Source: a virus (Duplodnaviria > Caudoviricetes). Taken from it: a stretch of 59,412 nucleotides of DNA. The notes below the pieces were generated by a model. That model saw only the letters and a list, made by a program, of their open reading frames with translations. It was not told the DNA's origin and made no database searches. The number at the start of each line of letters is the position of its first letter. The first letter of the stretch is position 1. The position numbers and the translations under genes are program-made. Location: positions 1-59,412 of the IMG/VR virus record IMGVR_UViG_3300024520_000077; one strand, 5' to 3'. Below are positions 8,601 to 16,778 of the stretch, in pieces.

Positions 8601-11441
8601 GTCAATCCCCTCGGCGAAGTCCAGGGCCGAAAGGAGTTCTTCGGTACTAGTGAACTCCGAGCCCTTGAGAGCTTCGGCAACGCTCGCGCCGAGTCCTTCT
8701 ATCAATGACGTCGAGATTATTTTCGCCACGAGGAACGACGCGGCGTCCGCTTCTTTCTCGAAGGTCGTCATGACCCCGCCCCAGAACACGCGGATCTCTT
8801 CGCCTTGGCGGATCTTGATTCCGAACTCGCCCGTAAGAATATCTCCGCCGAATTCCGCTAGGATCAAGTCAACGGTCTGAATAATCCCCTTAGTCAACGC
8901 TCCGAGCGCCGGGCCGAGTTGACCCTCTATGGTTCTCGCGACCACCTGGAGCTGCTCGTCGAGAACCTCAAATCTCGCGAACGCTTCATCGGCACCTTTT
9001 TTGAATAGGCCTCCGAAGAGCGACGAGACGAGGCTGCCAATCGATGCTCCGATTGCCGCACCCGCGGGGCCGCCAAAGGCCGCTCCGAGCGAGGCGCCAA
9101 GCACTGAGGCGAGGCCCTGGAAAAGCGCGAAAGCCTCCTCGTGGATGGGGCCGGCCTGGGCGAATTGTTGCGCCAGAACGCGTCCGAAGTCTAGAGCCAC
9201 TTCCGTCAGGCCGGCGTGCAGCTCAGCGGTAAACTCTTCGGTGTTGAACATCGCCGGTCCGGCTGGTATCTCACCAGTCCCGGCATCCGGAGCGCTCAAA
9301 GGAGAGAATTCCTCCAGTTCCGGTCGGTCGAAAGTTACGCCAACGTTTACAACGGCGTCCGCCAGCGCCTCGGCGAGAGCGTCTTGGACCTGCTCATCGT
9401 CGAAGACGACGCGCTCGACGATTACCGGCTCTTCCAGCTCCTGGAGCTCTTTAATCCTTGCGCTCAGGTCCGTAATCTTCTGCCGCAAGCCGACGACAGT
9501 GGACGTCTCGAAGGCTTCGTCAAGGGCGCGTTTCGCCTCTCTGGCGTCGAGGATGAGATAGACGATTTCCTCGTCGGTCAGCTTTATCGCCGGATTGAGT
9601 TTGAGCGTGGCTGCCTGGCTCGCCTCCTCGATGGAAAGGCCGAAGTCTTTGACGAATTCGGCGGCGGTCTTGAATGTCTCACTCTCGTCTACCAGCTTCT
9701 GAATACCCGTCGCCAGCGCTACGACTTGCTCTTCGGCCTCTTCGGCCTCCCTGGCCAATCTGGCGACCTCCCTGGCCATGGCCTCCTCCATGCCTCGCTG
9801 ATACGCTGCCTCGCGAGCCTTTGCCAACCCCTCGATCGCTTCGGCCGCTCGCTTAAGGTTTCTCTCGACGTCAATCGCCTTGCCGCCGAAGATTATGTCA
9901 GAAAGATCTCCTGTCCCGACCGACGCCAGAGCGAAGAGCTGGCGGATGTCGTTGTTAAGTTTTGCGACAGCTAGGGAAAGAACCCGACCGATCGACCCGG
10001 CAGCAGCATCCGACTCTCTAGTGAAGTCCCGCAGGGTATTCAACAGGTCCGCAAGGGCCGGCTCGAGTTCACCTCCAGCCTCGAGGCGTAGCTCCTCGAT
10101 GGCAGACTCCAACTCACGAGCGGCGCGCGAGGACGGTCCCTGCATTTGGTCGGCAAGCTCTTCGGCTCGTCCGTCGACCTCTGTTAGGGCTTGCGATTGC
10201 GTTGCGAGCTTTGCAACGCCGTCCGTTAGAACCTGGAGCGCTGGGCCGCCGCGGTCGCCGGCAAGCTCGAGGGATTGCCCCGTGGTAATTCCCGCATCCG
10301 CTAGCCGCTCGAAGATCGCGACCAAGGAATTAGTTGACGGCTGCACCTCTGCGAGAGTGAGGCCGAGGCTTGCGATAATGTCCCGCGATTTCTTCGCCGG
10401 GCTTTCAAGTTCCGACATGACTCGGCGGAGCCCGGTGCCGGCGAGGCTGGCCTGTAGCCCAGCGTCCGAAAGCACGCCGATGGCGGCGGCGGTTTCGCCG
10501 ACTGTCTTACCGAGACCAGCGGCGACGGGGCCTGCGAATTTCATGCCCTCGGCGAGTTGGCTTATGTCCGTGTTAGCGCTTGTGGCGATCGCAGCGAGAA
10601 CGTCGACCACTTCCGAGGTCTGCGAGGCGTCTTTGCCGAACGCCTGCATAATGTTGGACGTTATGTCGGCGGCCTGGCCCAGGTCCAATTGCGCGGCGGC
10701 CGCGAGGTTCAGAACTGCCGGCAAAGTGTCATAGATCTCCTGGACCTCGAACCCTGCGCGGGCCAGGAAAACCTCGGCGTCGGCTACCTCTGTCGCCGTG
10801 AATCGCGTTGAGGCTCCCAGCTCGCGGGCTCTCCCGCTCAGGAGGGCGTATTCTTCCGCGGTGGCCCTCGTGATGCCGCGGACCGTGGACATCCTGTCCG
10901 AAAAAGCGGCCTGTGTTCTTATGATCGCTTCAAGCTCTTGCCTGGCCAGCGCGATTCCTTTAGCGAGGAGTGCCAGCGCGGCAACGCCGGAGATCAACCC
11001 CCCGGTCATCTTCCCGACGGAGACGCCGCCGCCTTCCTGGCTCTTGGAGAGCTGACGCGTTTCCTTCTCCGCCTCGTCGAGCTGCCTTGCGTACTGTCCC
11101 GCTTCCTTCTCGGCCCTGTCGAGATCTTTCCCGAACGCCTTCACCGACCGACCGGCAGCGCTCGCCGAAACCCCATGCTCGCGCATGATGTCGTTGGCAA
11201 TCTTCTGTTGCCGGACCAGCTCCTTGAGCTTCTCGGCCGCATCCTTGGCGCCCTTGCCGGTTTCCCCGAGCCCGTCCCCGGCGCCTTTGCCGGTGCCTTC
11301 AAGCCCCTCGAGACCCTTTTCGAGCCTTTCGGCCAAGGCGAGGAGCTGCGCCATGGCTTTCTCGAGCGCCTTCGACGGGCCGACGGCATTGCTCGTCCTG
11401 ACGACGTACTCGGAGACGTACTGCGTTTTGACGGTCGCCAC
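5646..11441 (-). CDS. Tail tape measure protein (TP901-like core)
   Basis: 1931 aa, Ala-rich; ARELGASTRFTATEVADA..LARAGF, ANTDISQLAEGMKFAGPVA, LSDAGLQASLAGTGLR; follows tail chaperone. Confidence 0.97.
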   Translation of the reverse strand: MATVKTQYVSEYVVRTSNAVGPSKALEKAMAQLLALAERLEKGLEGLEGTGKGAGDGLGETGKGAKDAAEKLKELVRQQKIANDIMREHGVSASAAGRSVKAFGKDLDRAEKEAGQYARQLDEAEKETRQLSKSQEGGGVSVGKMTGGLISGVAALALLAKGIALARQELEAIIRTQAAFSDRMSTVRGITRATAEEYALLSGRARELGASTRFTATEVADAEVFLARAGFEVQEIYDTLPAVLNLAAAAQLDLGQAADITSNIMQAFGKDASQTSEVVDVLAAIATSANTDISQLAEGMKFAGPVAAGLGKTVGETAAAIGVLSDAGLQASLAGTGLRRVMSELESPAKKSRDIIASLGLTLAEVQPSTNSLVAIFERLADAGITTGQSLELAGDRGGPALQVLTDGVAKLATQSQALTEVDGRAEELADQMQGPSSRAARELESAIEELRLEAGGELEPALADLLNTLRDFTRESDAAAGSIGRVLSLAVAKLNNDIRQLFALASVGTGDLSDIIFGGKAIDVERNLKRAAEAIEGLAKAREAAYQRGMEEAMAREVARLAREAEEAEEQVVALATGIQKLVDESETFKTAAEFVKDFGLSIEEASQAATLKLNPAIKLTDEEIVYLILDAREAKRALDEAFETSTVVGLRQKITDLSARIKELQELEEPVIVERVVFDDEQVQDALAEALADAVVNVGVTFDRPELEEFSPLSAPDAGTGEIPAGPAMFNTEEFTAELHAGLTEVALDFGRVLAQQFAQAGPIHEEAFALFQGLASVLGASLGAAFGGPAGAAIGASIGSLVSSLFGGLFKKGADEAFARFEVLDEQLQVVARTIEGQLGPALGALTKGIIQTVDLILAEFGGDILTGEFGIKIRQGEEIRVFWGGVMTTFEKEADAASFLVAKIISTSLIEGLGASVAEALKGSEFTSTEELLSALDFAEGIDAALRTPWEQFISEVTADMRVRLTIAADLGIATERVVEAERRRIQSLIDEAAALVRSVGGVQSFLGEWEQLQDAIAIAGPAGVAKLEEELRAGAEAALLHADATSRSSDGLARSREEFESYLFDLKVSDEVVKELGERWEELAAEGKTADEIVAELITTLEGLSSAEIQQALQNFRQNFVVGLLGQLASLADLAGKGELAERLRARALELQTRMQLLSIRATLQAARAAGILSDEQVRGFNRIIQEIQRGINEMGGFGALGQDQGGGGGGGGGGRTRADALADLNRLLAETADLLAGVTAEERARLDALAVFDAHLASGRLTLEEYQQAIVALDAVMAAAAQAIADDITARWAELGRVLGETPLDTQLRRLWEEAVAGMDLGGEGIPDIFQEQVLAWFEEALEGASTPEEFQEILEGWEDFIAGLPPDIRRALLASGMGEMIAEAIAESVARANLDAFLEAAVLGFDLPAADGGGAAGGRASARGGFRSAASGASDELERLREELDDFLEAARKSRLGPVARQLEDIFDKFARVGSILKTLKSGTDEFTEAGKAMAAELADAWQDAFEGLRDLADEIRGETRAPAESFDAARSRFQELIAGLPSDLSQLDPDQLREIAEAGRAFREAGRGIFGEEFGGRIVGADILEDIEGLLAQQPTENELLRDAIDFLRQQVVIGLDEIAGSLGGGGALVAAIEGTGGGGAGNDLTLLQLVEIARITGVLLETVEHLDGLSVEELSELQATVAALLAIEGLSEAQRAELEALQVILDNQEIINLLSGTLAVAGTLDSDELTALLELLGGTLAVADQLAPEQLAALLAIIEQLLGLETLTEEQRGALEASAAALAAIQAAGEEPPRQVPFKTDPEAAQEQVEQTERLDLIVASLAEISVSGGMMVEGQAAQGLQFGALLDRVGEGNLNATAQAMSDQLGTLVSDMGQGGAIRSRLSAIANHTAWIGQGNANAELRVIKNELKGIRQALGSGSAG

Positions 11442-11540
11442 GGGTCAGACCTCCGCACCTGTCGCGGATGTGGTAAGATGACGGCCGGCGGAGCTGTGGA
11501 CCCCCGCCGACCGCCCACCAACGACCGCCAAGGAGGTCAT

Positions 11541-11665
11541 CGGATGCCTGATTTGAAGCCCTGCCCCATTTGCGGATCCGCGAGGATCGCGAGGTTCAGA
11601 ACTGCCGGCAAAGTGCGGATGCCTGATTTGAAGCCCTGCCCCATTTGCGGATCCGCGAGGATCGC
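11541..11665 (+). repeat. Two identical 50-bp direct repeats (11541-11590, 11616-11665) flanking a 25-bp spacer
   Basis: Seen directly; 11588-11615 is identical to 10701-10728. Confidence 0.95.
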
Positions 11666-11936
11666 AATCTCCCGTCCTCAACTCGACAGCTGCCTCGTCG
11701 ATTGCGGCGATTGCGGCGCCGAGTCGTCGGACGTTGGCGAGACCGCAGGCGCTGCTGCGGCGCTCTGGAATCGTCGCGCCGGAGCCCCGGCTGTCGACCG
11801 CGACGCGCTGGTGGCGCTGCTCGACGAGGTGGTCGTGATCCGGACCGCGGTTGACGCGGCGTCGGAGATCCGCGCCGAGGCGGACGAGCGCATCGCTGCC
11901 CTGGCCGGTCGTCTTGACGCGCTCCTGAATCCCTGA
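11544..11936 (+). CDS. Lar-family restriction alleviation protein with duplicated N-terminus
   Basis: LKPCPICG...VDCGDCGAES...AAAALWNRRA; AGGAGG RBS; TGG-TAAGAT extended -10 upstream. Confidence 0.8.
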   Translation: MPDLKPCPICGSARIARFRTAGKVRMPDLKPCPICGSARIAISRPQLDSCLVDCGDCGAESSDVGETAGAAAALWNRRAGAPAVDRDALVALLDEVVVIRTAVDAASEIRAEADERIAALAGRLDALLNP

Positions 11937-11941
11937 CGCCC

Positions 11942-12700
11942 TCACCGCCCACCCTCCTGAGCCCGCTCGAACGCAGCGGGGTCGACGAAGTTCCGTAGCG
12001 CCTCCTGGGCGCCGAGGCACCACATCAAGGCGTCGAAGTATTCCGGCAGGTGGCGGACGTCGCGACCGGCCAGCGAGTGGCCGATGGCGTTCTGCGAGCT
12101 CACCGGCAGGAGGTCGATCGGCTTGAGCCCGATCGCCTTCAGGATCTCGCTCACCGTCATCCGGCCCGACGAGTCGAGATCGGGCCGGAGCGGCGGTGGC
12201 GAGACCACCTCATCGTGGACGCGCTCCTGCTGTTCCTCGAGAACGTCGAGGACATCGTCGGCGACGATAGCGGGGCTGAGAAAACGCTCTTGCTCCAGGG
12301 GCTCGCCTGGTTTGCCATCCTTGCCGACGGGCACCTGCTCATGAGGGACGGACAGAAGCTGGCCCTCACTGGCGCCCTCGTCCATCTCCTGGCACAAGTG
12401 GAGGATTCTCAACGCGTCCTCGTGGTCCATCTCGTAGAGTCCTCTACACAAGGCCAAGACCTCCGAGGCTAAGCACGCCGCGGACATCCCCTTGGAGCCG
12501 CGGCAGGCCGTCCAGATTTCAAAGGCTACGGCGTCGGGCTCTCCGGGACTTTTAGCGTAGCCGCTTCCATTGTCGCTTTCGACTTCGCCAACATGGCCAA
12601 GAGCGCCATCGGGTCGAGGTCTTCGCCTCCGCCGAGGAGCGTTCCGAGAATGCCCGACTCGGCTCTCGCGGGCCGCGGTGGAACCCCACAAACGGTGCCG
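11942..12700 (-). CDS. Tail assembly chaperone, frameshifted extension (gpGT-like)
   Basis: This frame is entered exactly by a -1 slip at A AAA AAC; lies between tail tube and tape measure genes. Confidence 0.7.
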   Translation of the reverse strand, partial: RHRLWGSTAARESRVGHSRNAPRRRRRPRPDGALGHVGEVESDNGSGYAKSPGEPDAVAFEIWTACRGSKGMSAACLASEVLALCRGLYEMDHEDALRILHLCQEMDEGASEGQLLSVPHEQVPVGKDGKPGEPLEQERFLSPAIVADDVLDVLEEQQERVHDEVVSPPPLRPDLDSSGRMTVSEILKAIGLKPIDLLPVSSQNAIGHSLAGRDVRHLPEYFDALMWCLGAQEALRNFVDPAAFERAQEGGR

Positions 12701-13251
12701 TTTTTTTTTGCTTCAAGAACGACGGGGTCTTCGAACAGGTCGATCCCCTTTGCGGCGGATTCCAGCTCGTCCAGGAGGTCTGTCGAGACGTCGAAGTCCA
12801 ACGCCTTGAATGAGCGCTCGAACGCGGCGCGCACCTGCTCGGTGGTCGAGCCGCGCAGGTCGAGCTCTCCTGGGTCGCTTCCTCGCCAGGCGTAGACGCC
12901 CGTCCCGCCGCCGCGCAGGCACTCGAGGATGCACTTGACACGAGCGATGTTCTGGAACTCCAGAGGGATTCTCTCGAACCGACCGAACGAGCTGGCCCGC
13001 TGGCCCTTCTCCGCGTTCGCGATGCTGATCGCAGAGTTACGCGCCTTCTCGACGAAATGCTTCATCCGCCGGGAGCCGAGTGACACCATGCAGATTGCGA
13101 AAGGCCACTTCTCCGTCGGCTTGATCAGGACGCCGTCGACGCGGCGCGCCTGGTCGGCGTCGCCATGGTCGGAGACGTCCATCCTCGGTGGGGCCAGGAC
13201 GACGACGTCGGCCTCGGGCTCTTCGCCCTTCTTCTTCTTTCGCGTCGCCAT
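12526..13251 (-). CDS. Tail assembly chaperone (gpG-like)
   Basis: Immediately after major tail gene; contains EAKKN slippery run. Confidence 0.75.
   Translation of the reverse strand: MATRKKKKGEEPEADVVVLAPPRMDVSDHGDADQARRVDGVLIKPTEKWPFAICMVSLGSRRMKHFVEKARNSAISIANAEKGQRASSFGRFERIPLEFQNIARVKCILECLRGGGTGVYAWRGSDPGELDLRGSTTEQVRAAFERSFKALDFDVSTDLLDELESAAKGIDLFEDPVVLEAKKNGTVCGVPPRPARAESGILGTLLGGGEDLDPMALLAMLAKSKATMEAATLKVPESPTP
12700..12709 (-). other. Programmed -1 ribosomal frameshift site (A AAA AAC)
   Basis: Nine-A run in a GC-rich gene, X XXY YYZ pattern in the correct phase. Confidence 0.8.
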
Positions 13252-13253
13252 GT

Positions 13254-14609
13254 TTAGGTCTCCGCGACGCCGAGAGCGCGCCGGCTGAAGACGATCTCAG
13301 GGTAGGTCGAGGAGTGGCGGCCGTGGCTGTTGAGGGTGAACTCACCCTCGGTTGCCGCCTCGCCGGTGCCGCCCGCCCCATTGGTGGTCGTGAAGCTCGG
13401 CTCGCCGTAGGTGTGGGCCAGGCGAATCACGTTCCCGTCCTTGTCGCGCAGCTCCACCTCGATGACGGCCTTCTCCTTCGTGTCCGGGTGGCCGATCGTC
13501 TGGAGCGCCTCGGCGGTGGCCGTGGCGCTGGCCACGTCGTCGATGCTGTAGGTGAAGGTCGTCGTGTGGTCGACGATCGGCGACAGGTACCCGCAAGGCG
13601 CCTTGCTCCCGAGGGTGTCGGCCTTTGGAACCCAGTCGCCCGTTGCGCCCATGGTCAAGCTCGTGATCGCACACCCGGCAAGATTAATCCCGGTCGTCGC
13701 GGTGCCGACGTAGATGTTTTCGATCTCGGTCCCGTCGATCTGCGGGCTGTAGGTCAGGCTGTCGACGATGTCGCCGCCGCTGTTGGGGTTGGCGTCGGTC
13801 ACGACCCCGGAGCAAGCGCCGACGAAGGTCTGCGTGATCGTGCCGAAGGAGTCTCGGCCGGTGAAGGCGAACGTCGGCGGACCGAAACGGACGCCGACAA
13901 GCGGCACATACTTCGCCACGTCGGGGTATTCGATGATCATGGAGTGGGACGGATTGCCGGACGGCGTGACGGAGTTGAGACGCACCGAGGCGCCGGCGTC
14001 CACCGTGACGGCCACCCCGACCTCACCGGCCCAGTCGGAGCCGAAACCACTCGCGGCCTGGAAGTCTTCCGGACGGAGTAGGATCACCGTGTCGGCGGCG
14101 TCGTCGGCGGGATACCCGGGCAGCACCACCTTGTGGCCCTTCGCGTCCCAGTCGTCCGCGGCGGATCCGTAGATGGAAACGGCCATGCCTTCCAGGTCAG
14201 CCCCCGAGGTGCTGGCGAGGAGCGCGGCAAAAGCGCCGTTGGCGCCGACGACGCGGATCTCAGGCGCCGGGAGCCCGGTGAGCGTGACGGTGACCGCGGC
14301 GGCCACCTCGGACGGCATGGCGTCGTCCCGGAGGCCCAGGCGGACGAGGTCGTCGAGGTCGGCGAAAGTGAGCGGCGAGGTGATCGAGCCGGTAACCCAT
14401 GCGGATGTGCCGCGCTTGTCGGTAGCGGTGGCTCGACCGACCTCAGTGGCCGTGATGATCGTCTCCTGGGCCGAAAGCGAGACCTCCGAGGCCCGGAGGC
14501 GCGTGTAGTCGCCCGACACGACGAGCGTGCCCTGGGTGGTCTCCGGGAGGATGCCGACGAAGGCGTTCCGGCGGGTGGCGAACTCTTTGAGCGTGAGCGC
14601 GAGACTCAT
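13254..14609 (-). CDS. Major tail tube protein
   Basis: Start MSLALTLK; VGILPETTQGT..YTRLR N-terminus; Thr/Gly-rich; position before chaperone. Confidence 0.75.
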   Translation of the reverse strand: MSLALTLKEFATRRNAFVGILPETTQGTLVVSGDYTRLRASEVSLSAQETIITATEVGRATATDKRGTSAWVTGSITSPLTFADLDDLVRLGLRDDAMPSEVAAAVTVTLTGLPAPEIRVVGANGAFAALLASTSGADLEGMAVSIYGSAADDWDAKGHKVVLPGYPADDAADTVILLRPEDFQAASGFGSDWAGEVGVAVTVDAGASVRLNSVTPSGNPSHSMIIEYPDVAKYVPLVGVRFGPPTFAFTGRDSFGTITQTFVGACSGVVTDANPNSGGDIVDSLTYSPQIDGTEIENIYVGTATTGINLAGCAITSLTMGATGDWVPKADTLGSKAPCGYLSPIVDHTTTFTYSIDDVASATATAEALQTIGHPDTKEKAVIEVELRDKDGNVIRLAHTYGEPSFTTTNGAGGTGEAATEGEFTLNSHGRHSSTYPEIVFSRRALGVAET

Positions 14610-14610
14610 T

Positions 14611-15168
14611 TTATTTCTCCTTCTTCTTCGGCGCCTCGACCATCTCGAAGCGCGCGCGGAATTCGTCGAGCGACAGGGTGTCGCCGGTCTCCTTGATCGA
14701 GTAGCAGGGCGCCGCGACCCGGACGCCGGCGGACGAAACGACGTCGCTGTCATGCCGGATGACGCTGACCCGACCCTTGTGGACGACCTCGCCGCTACCG
14801 ACCGGCCCGAACGCCGCGCCGTCGGGCGTTTCATATCCGGCTTCGAACGACGCGCGGTCGAGCTGGCCGAGAGAGGTCGCCCCCGAGAGCATGGCGTGCT
14901 CCGGGTGCCAGACGGCGCGGCCGTCGAATCGTTTGCGGGCGGACTTGGCGCCCTTCCAGTCGATCGCCGCCAGGGCATGGACGACCGGCGCGGTCGAGGC
15001 GTCGGAGCCTGCGGCCTTCTGCAGCTCGCGGGCTTTCTTCCTGGCCGCTGACCGGTCGGCACACTTGGCGACCACGGCACCGGGCTGGGCCTTCTTCTTA
15101 CCGCCGCCGAGGTCTTCATATTCGACCCTGCGGACGGTGTTTCCTTCGATGATCAGAGCCTGACTCAT
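14611..15168 (-). CDS. Hypothetical protein in tail module
   Basis: AGGAG RBS; tight packing. Confidence 0.6.
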   Translation of the reverse strand: MSQALIIEGNTVRRVEYEDLGGGKKKAQPGAVVAKCADRSAARKKARELQKAAGSDASTAPVVHALAAIDWKGAKSARKRFDGRAVWHPEHAMLSGATSLGQLDRASFEAGYETPDGAAFGPVGSGEVVHKGRVSVIRHDSDVVSSAGVRVAAPCYSIKETGDTLSLDEFRARFEMVEAPKKKEK

Positions 15169-15178
15169 CTCAAATCTC

Positions 15179-15868
15179 CTAAGTTGGGATTCCCCGCCCT
15201 GTCGGCGGACGGTAGTTTCTGGTGGCTTGTGCTGTCCACGTGGCCGTGAGCCAACTGGAGCTTGATGACTCCATTTTGACCAGCTGCGGCACCGGCGCGG
15301 AAAATTTCAGGTCTGCGAATTCGTTGACGTTGAGAAGGAGCTCCGAGAGCACGGTGGCGAGAATGCCGGCGTAGAGATTCAGCTGGCCCTTGCCGCGCCG
15401 CGACGGGACGTTGATTCTGATCTCGACCGGCGAGCCCATCCGGAGCTCAGCTCGTCGACCGAGGCCGCTGGCGGAGGTCTCGACGTCGCCCTCGACGTCG
15501 AAGCCCTCGACGACCAGGAAGCCGGCCCCGTTGCGCACCTCTCCGACCTCGGGCGAGTCCCGTAGCTCGGCGTCGGTGAAGGGGTCGATCTTCGCCGTGT
15601 CGTCGATCGCCTCGCCGCTCTCGAAGCCGACCCACTGGCCCTCATCGAGGACGGGGCAAAGCGGAACACCCTCGGCGCTGTGGACGTCGTTGACGAAGGT
15701 CCACGGGAGCCACTTCGACAGGCCGGTAAAGTCCAAGCCGTACCCGTTGCCGGCCTGGAGCACGCTCCCGAGGAACCGCGGCGCGGCTGCCTCGAGGACG
15801 TCCTTCGTCAGCTCCTGGCGGAGGTGCGCGACGATGGCCTGCTCTTGGTCGAAGCCGATGAAGCTCAT
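15179..15868 (-). CDS. Putative tail terminator/completion protein
   Basis: Position; C-terminal VEIRINVP..GKG...Y pattern typical of tail completion proteins. Confidence 0.5.
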   Translation of the reverse strand: MSFIGFDQEQAIVAHLRQELTKDVLEAAAPRFLGSVLQAGNGYGLDFTGLSKWLPWTFVNDVHSAEGVPLCPVLDEGQWVGFESGEAIDDTAKIDPFTDAELRDSPEVGEVRNGAGFLVVEGFDVEGDVETSASGLGRRAELRMGSPVEIRINVPSRRGKGQLNLYAGILATVLSELLLNVNEFADLKFSAPVPQLVKMESSSSSWLTATWTAQATRNYRPPTGRGIPT

Positions 15869-15905
15869 GGAGACCCCTCGGCGCAACGTCGAAACAGCGT
15901 CCAGA

Positions 15906-16280
15906 TCATCGCGCCCCCCCAAACCGCCACGACAGGAAGGCCTCCCGCGCTTCCTTGTCGCCGGTGACCAGGTGGCCGAGGCGATTCTTGCGCGACCCCA
16001 GCATCTTCCCGGCGCGACTGCGGTGCCGCCCGAGAGCGATGATGCCGGCGTAAAACTCATCGTTGAAGCTCCGCCAGGCCCTCCCGAGCGACCAGGTCCC
16101 GCGGACGGCGTCGAAGTTCTGACGCTCGCCTCGGCGCAGGTTGCCAGTCAGCACCGGGATTCCCGGCGCGTTGGTCTTCGCCATCGTGCGGAAATAGGTC
16201 CCGCCGATGACGGCCCGGGCTGCGCGGTCATGATTGGCGATGTCCTTCCGGTTTCGCCGGATGTTTTCAGAGAGGGTCAC
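15906..16280 (-). CDS. Neck/tail completion protein (HK97 gp10-like)
   Basis: Basic; PVLTGNLRR and FYAGIIALG motifs. Confidence 0.6.
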   Translation of the reverse strand: MTLSENIRRNRKDIANHDRAARAVIGGTYFRTMAKTNAPGIPVLTGNLRRGERQNFDAVRGTWSLGRAWRSFNDEFYAGIIALGRHRSRAGKMLGSRKNRLGHLVTGDKEAREAFLSWRFGGAR

Positions 16281-16768
16281 GGCTTCTTCCCGCCTTTCGT
16301 GCGCCGCGCGTCCGAGTGTCGTCGCTGGCGTCCGAGCTCCTCACCTGTTTTGAGGTAGTTGTCGACGATGATGGTAGCCGCCTCCAGGCAGCCCTCCGGG
16401 TCCGGCAGCTTGTCCGCCGGGATAAGCCCGCCGTTGACTAGCTCATCGACACAGTCCTCATCCGTCGCTTCGGGAGCGCACCAGTCTTCCGGACCGCCGT
16501 TCATCTCGGTGACTCGCCCCATGGCGGCAGCGGCGGCGAGGAAGGCGGCGTCACATGTCGCCGGCGTGTCCTGCGGCTCACACCACCCATAGTACCTGGC
16601 GAAGTCGGCCCTGGAAACGTAGACGATCCCTTGCGGGCCCCAGCCCTCCGATCCCCAGCCTTCGCAAGTGTCGGCGAGGTCCCATTCGTCCGTCACGAGA
16701 GGGACAGGGATGGCGACGGCGAAAGCGGCGGAGGCGACGAGTAGAGAGAGGGTGACGATGATCTTCAA
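16277..16768 (-). CDS. Cys-rich protein with signal peptide
   Basis: TTG start after AGGAG; MKIIVTLSLLVASAAFA signal sequence. Confidence 0.6.
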   Translation of the reverse strand: MKIIVTLSLLVASAAFAVAIPVPLVTDEWDLADTCEGWGSEGWGPQGIVYVSRADFARYYGWCEPQDTPATCDAAFLAAAAAMGRVTEMNGGPEDWCAPEATDEDCVDELVNGGLIPADKLPDPEGCLEAATIIVDNYLKTGEELGRQRRHSDARRTKGGKKP

Positions 16769-16778
16769 GGTGAGTCTC

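Noticed and set aside
6808-11055. Long plus-strand ORFs opposite the tape measure gene (and similar shadows of capsid, portal and terL)
   Set aside because: Antisense shadow ORFs expected in GC-rich DNA; no RBS, promoter or protein motifs, unlike 39808-40476
11541-11665. CRISPR mini-array
   Set aside because: Only two repeats, which are lar coding sequence and not palindromic CRISPR-like; no cas genes; kept as a templated duplication
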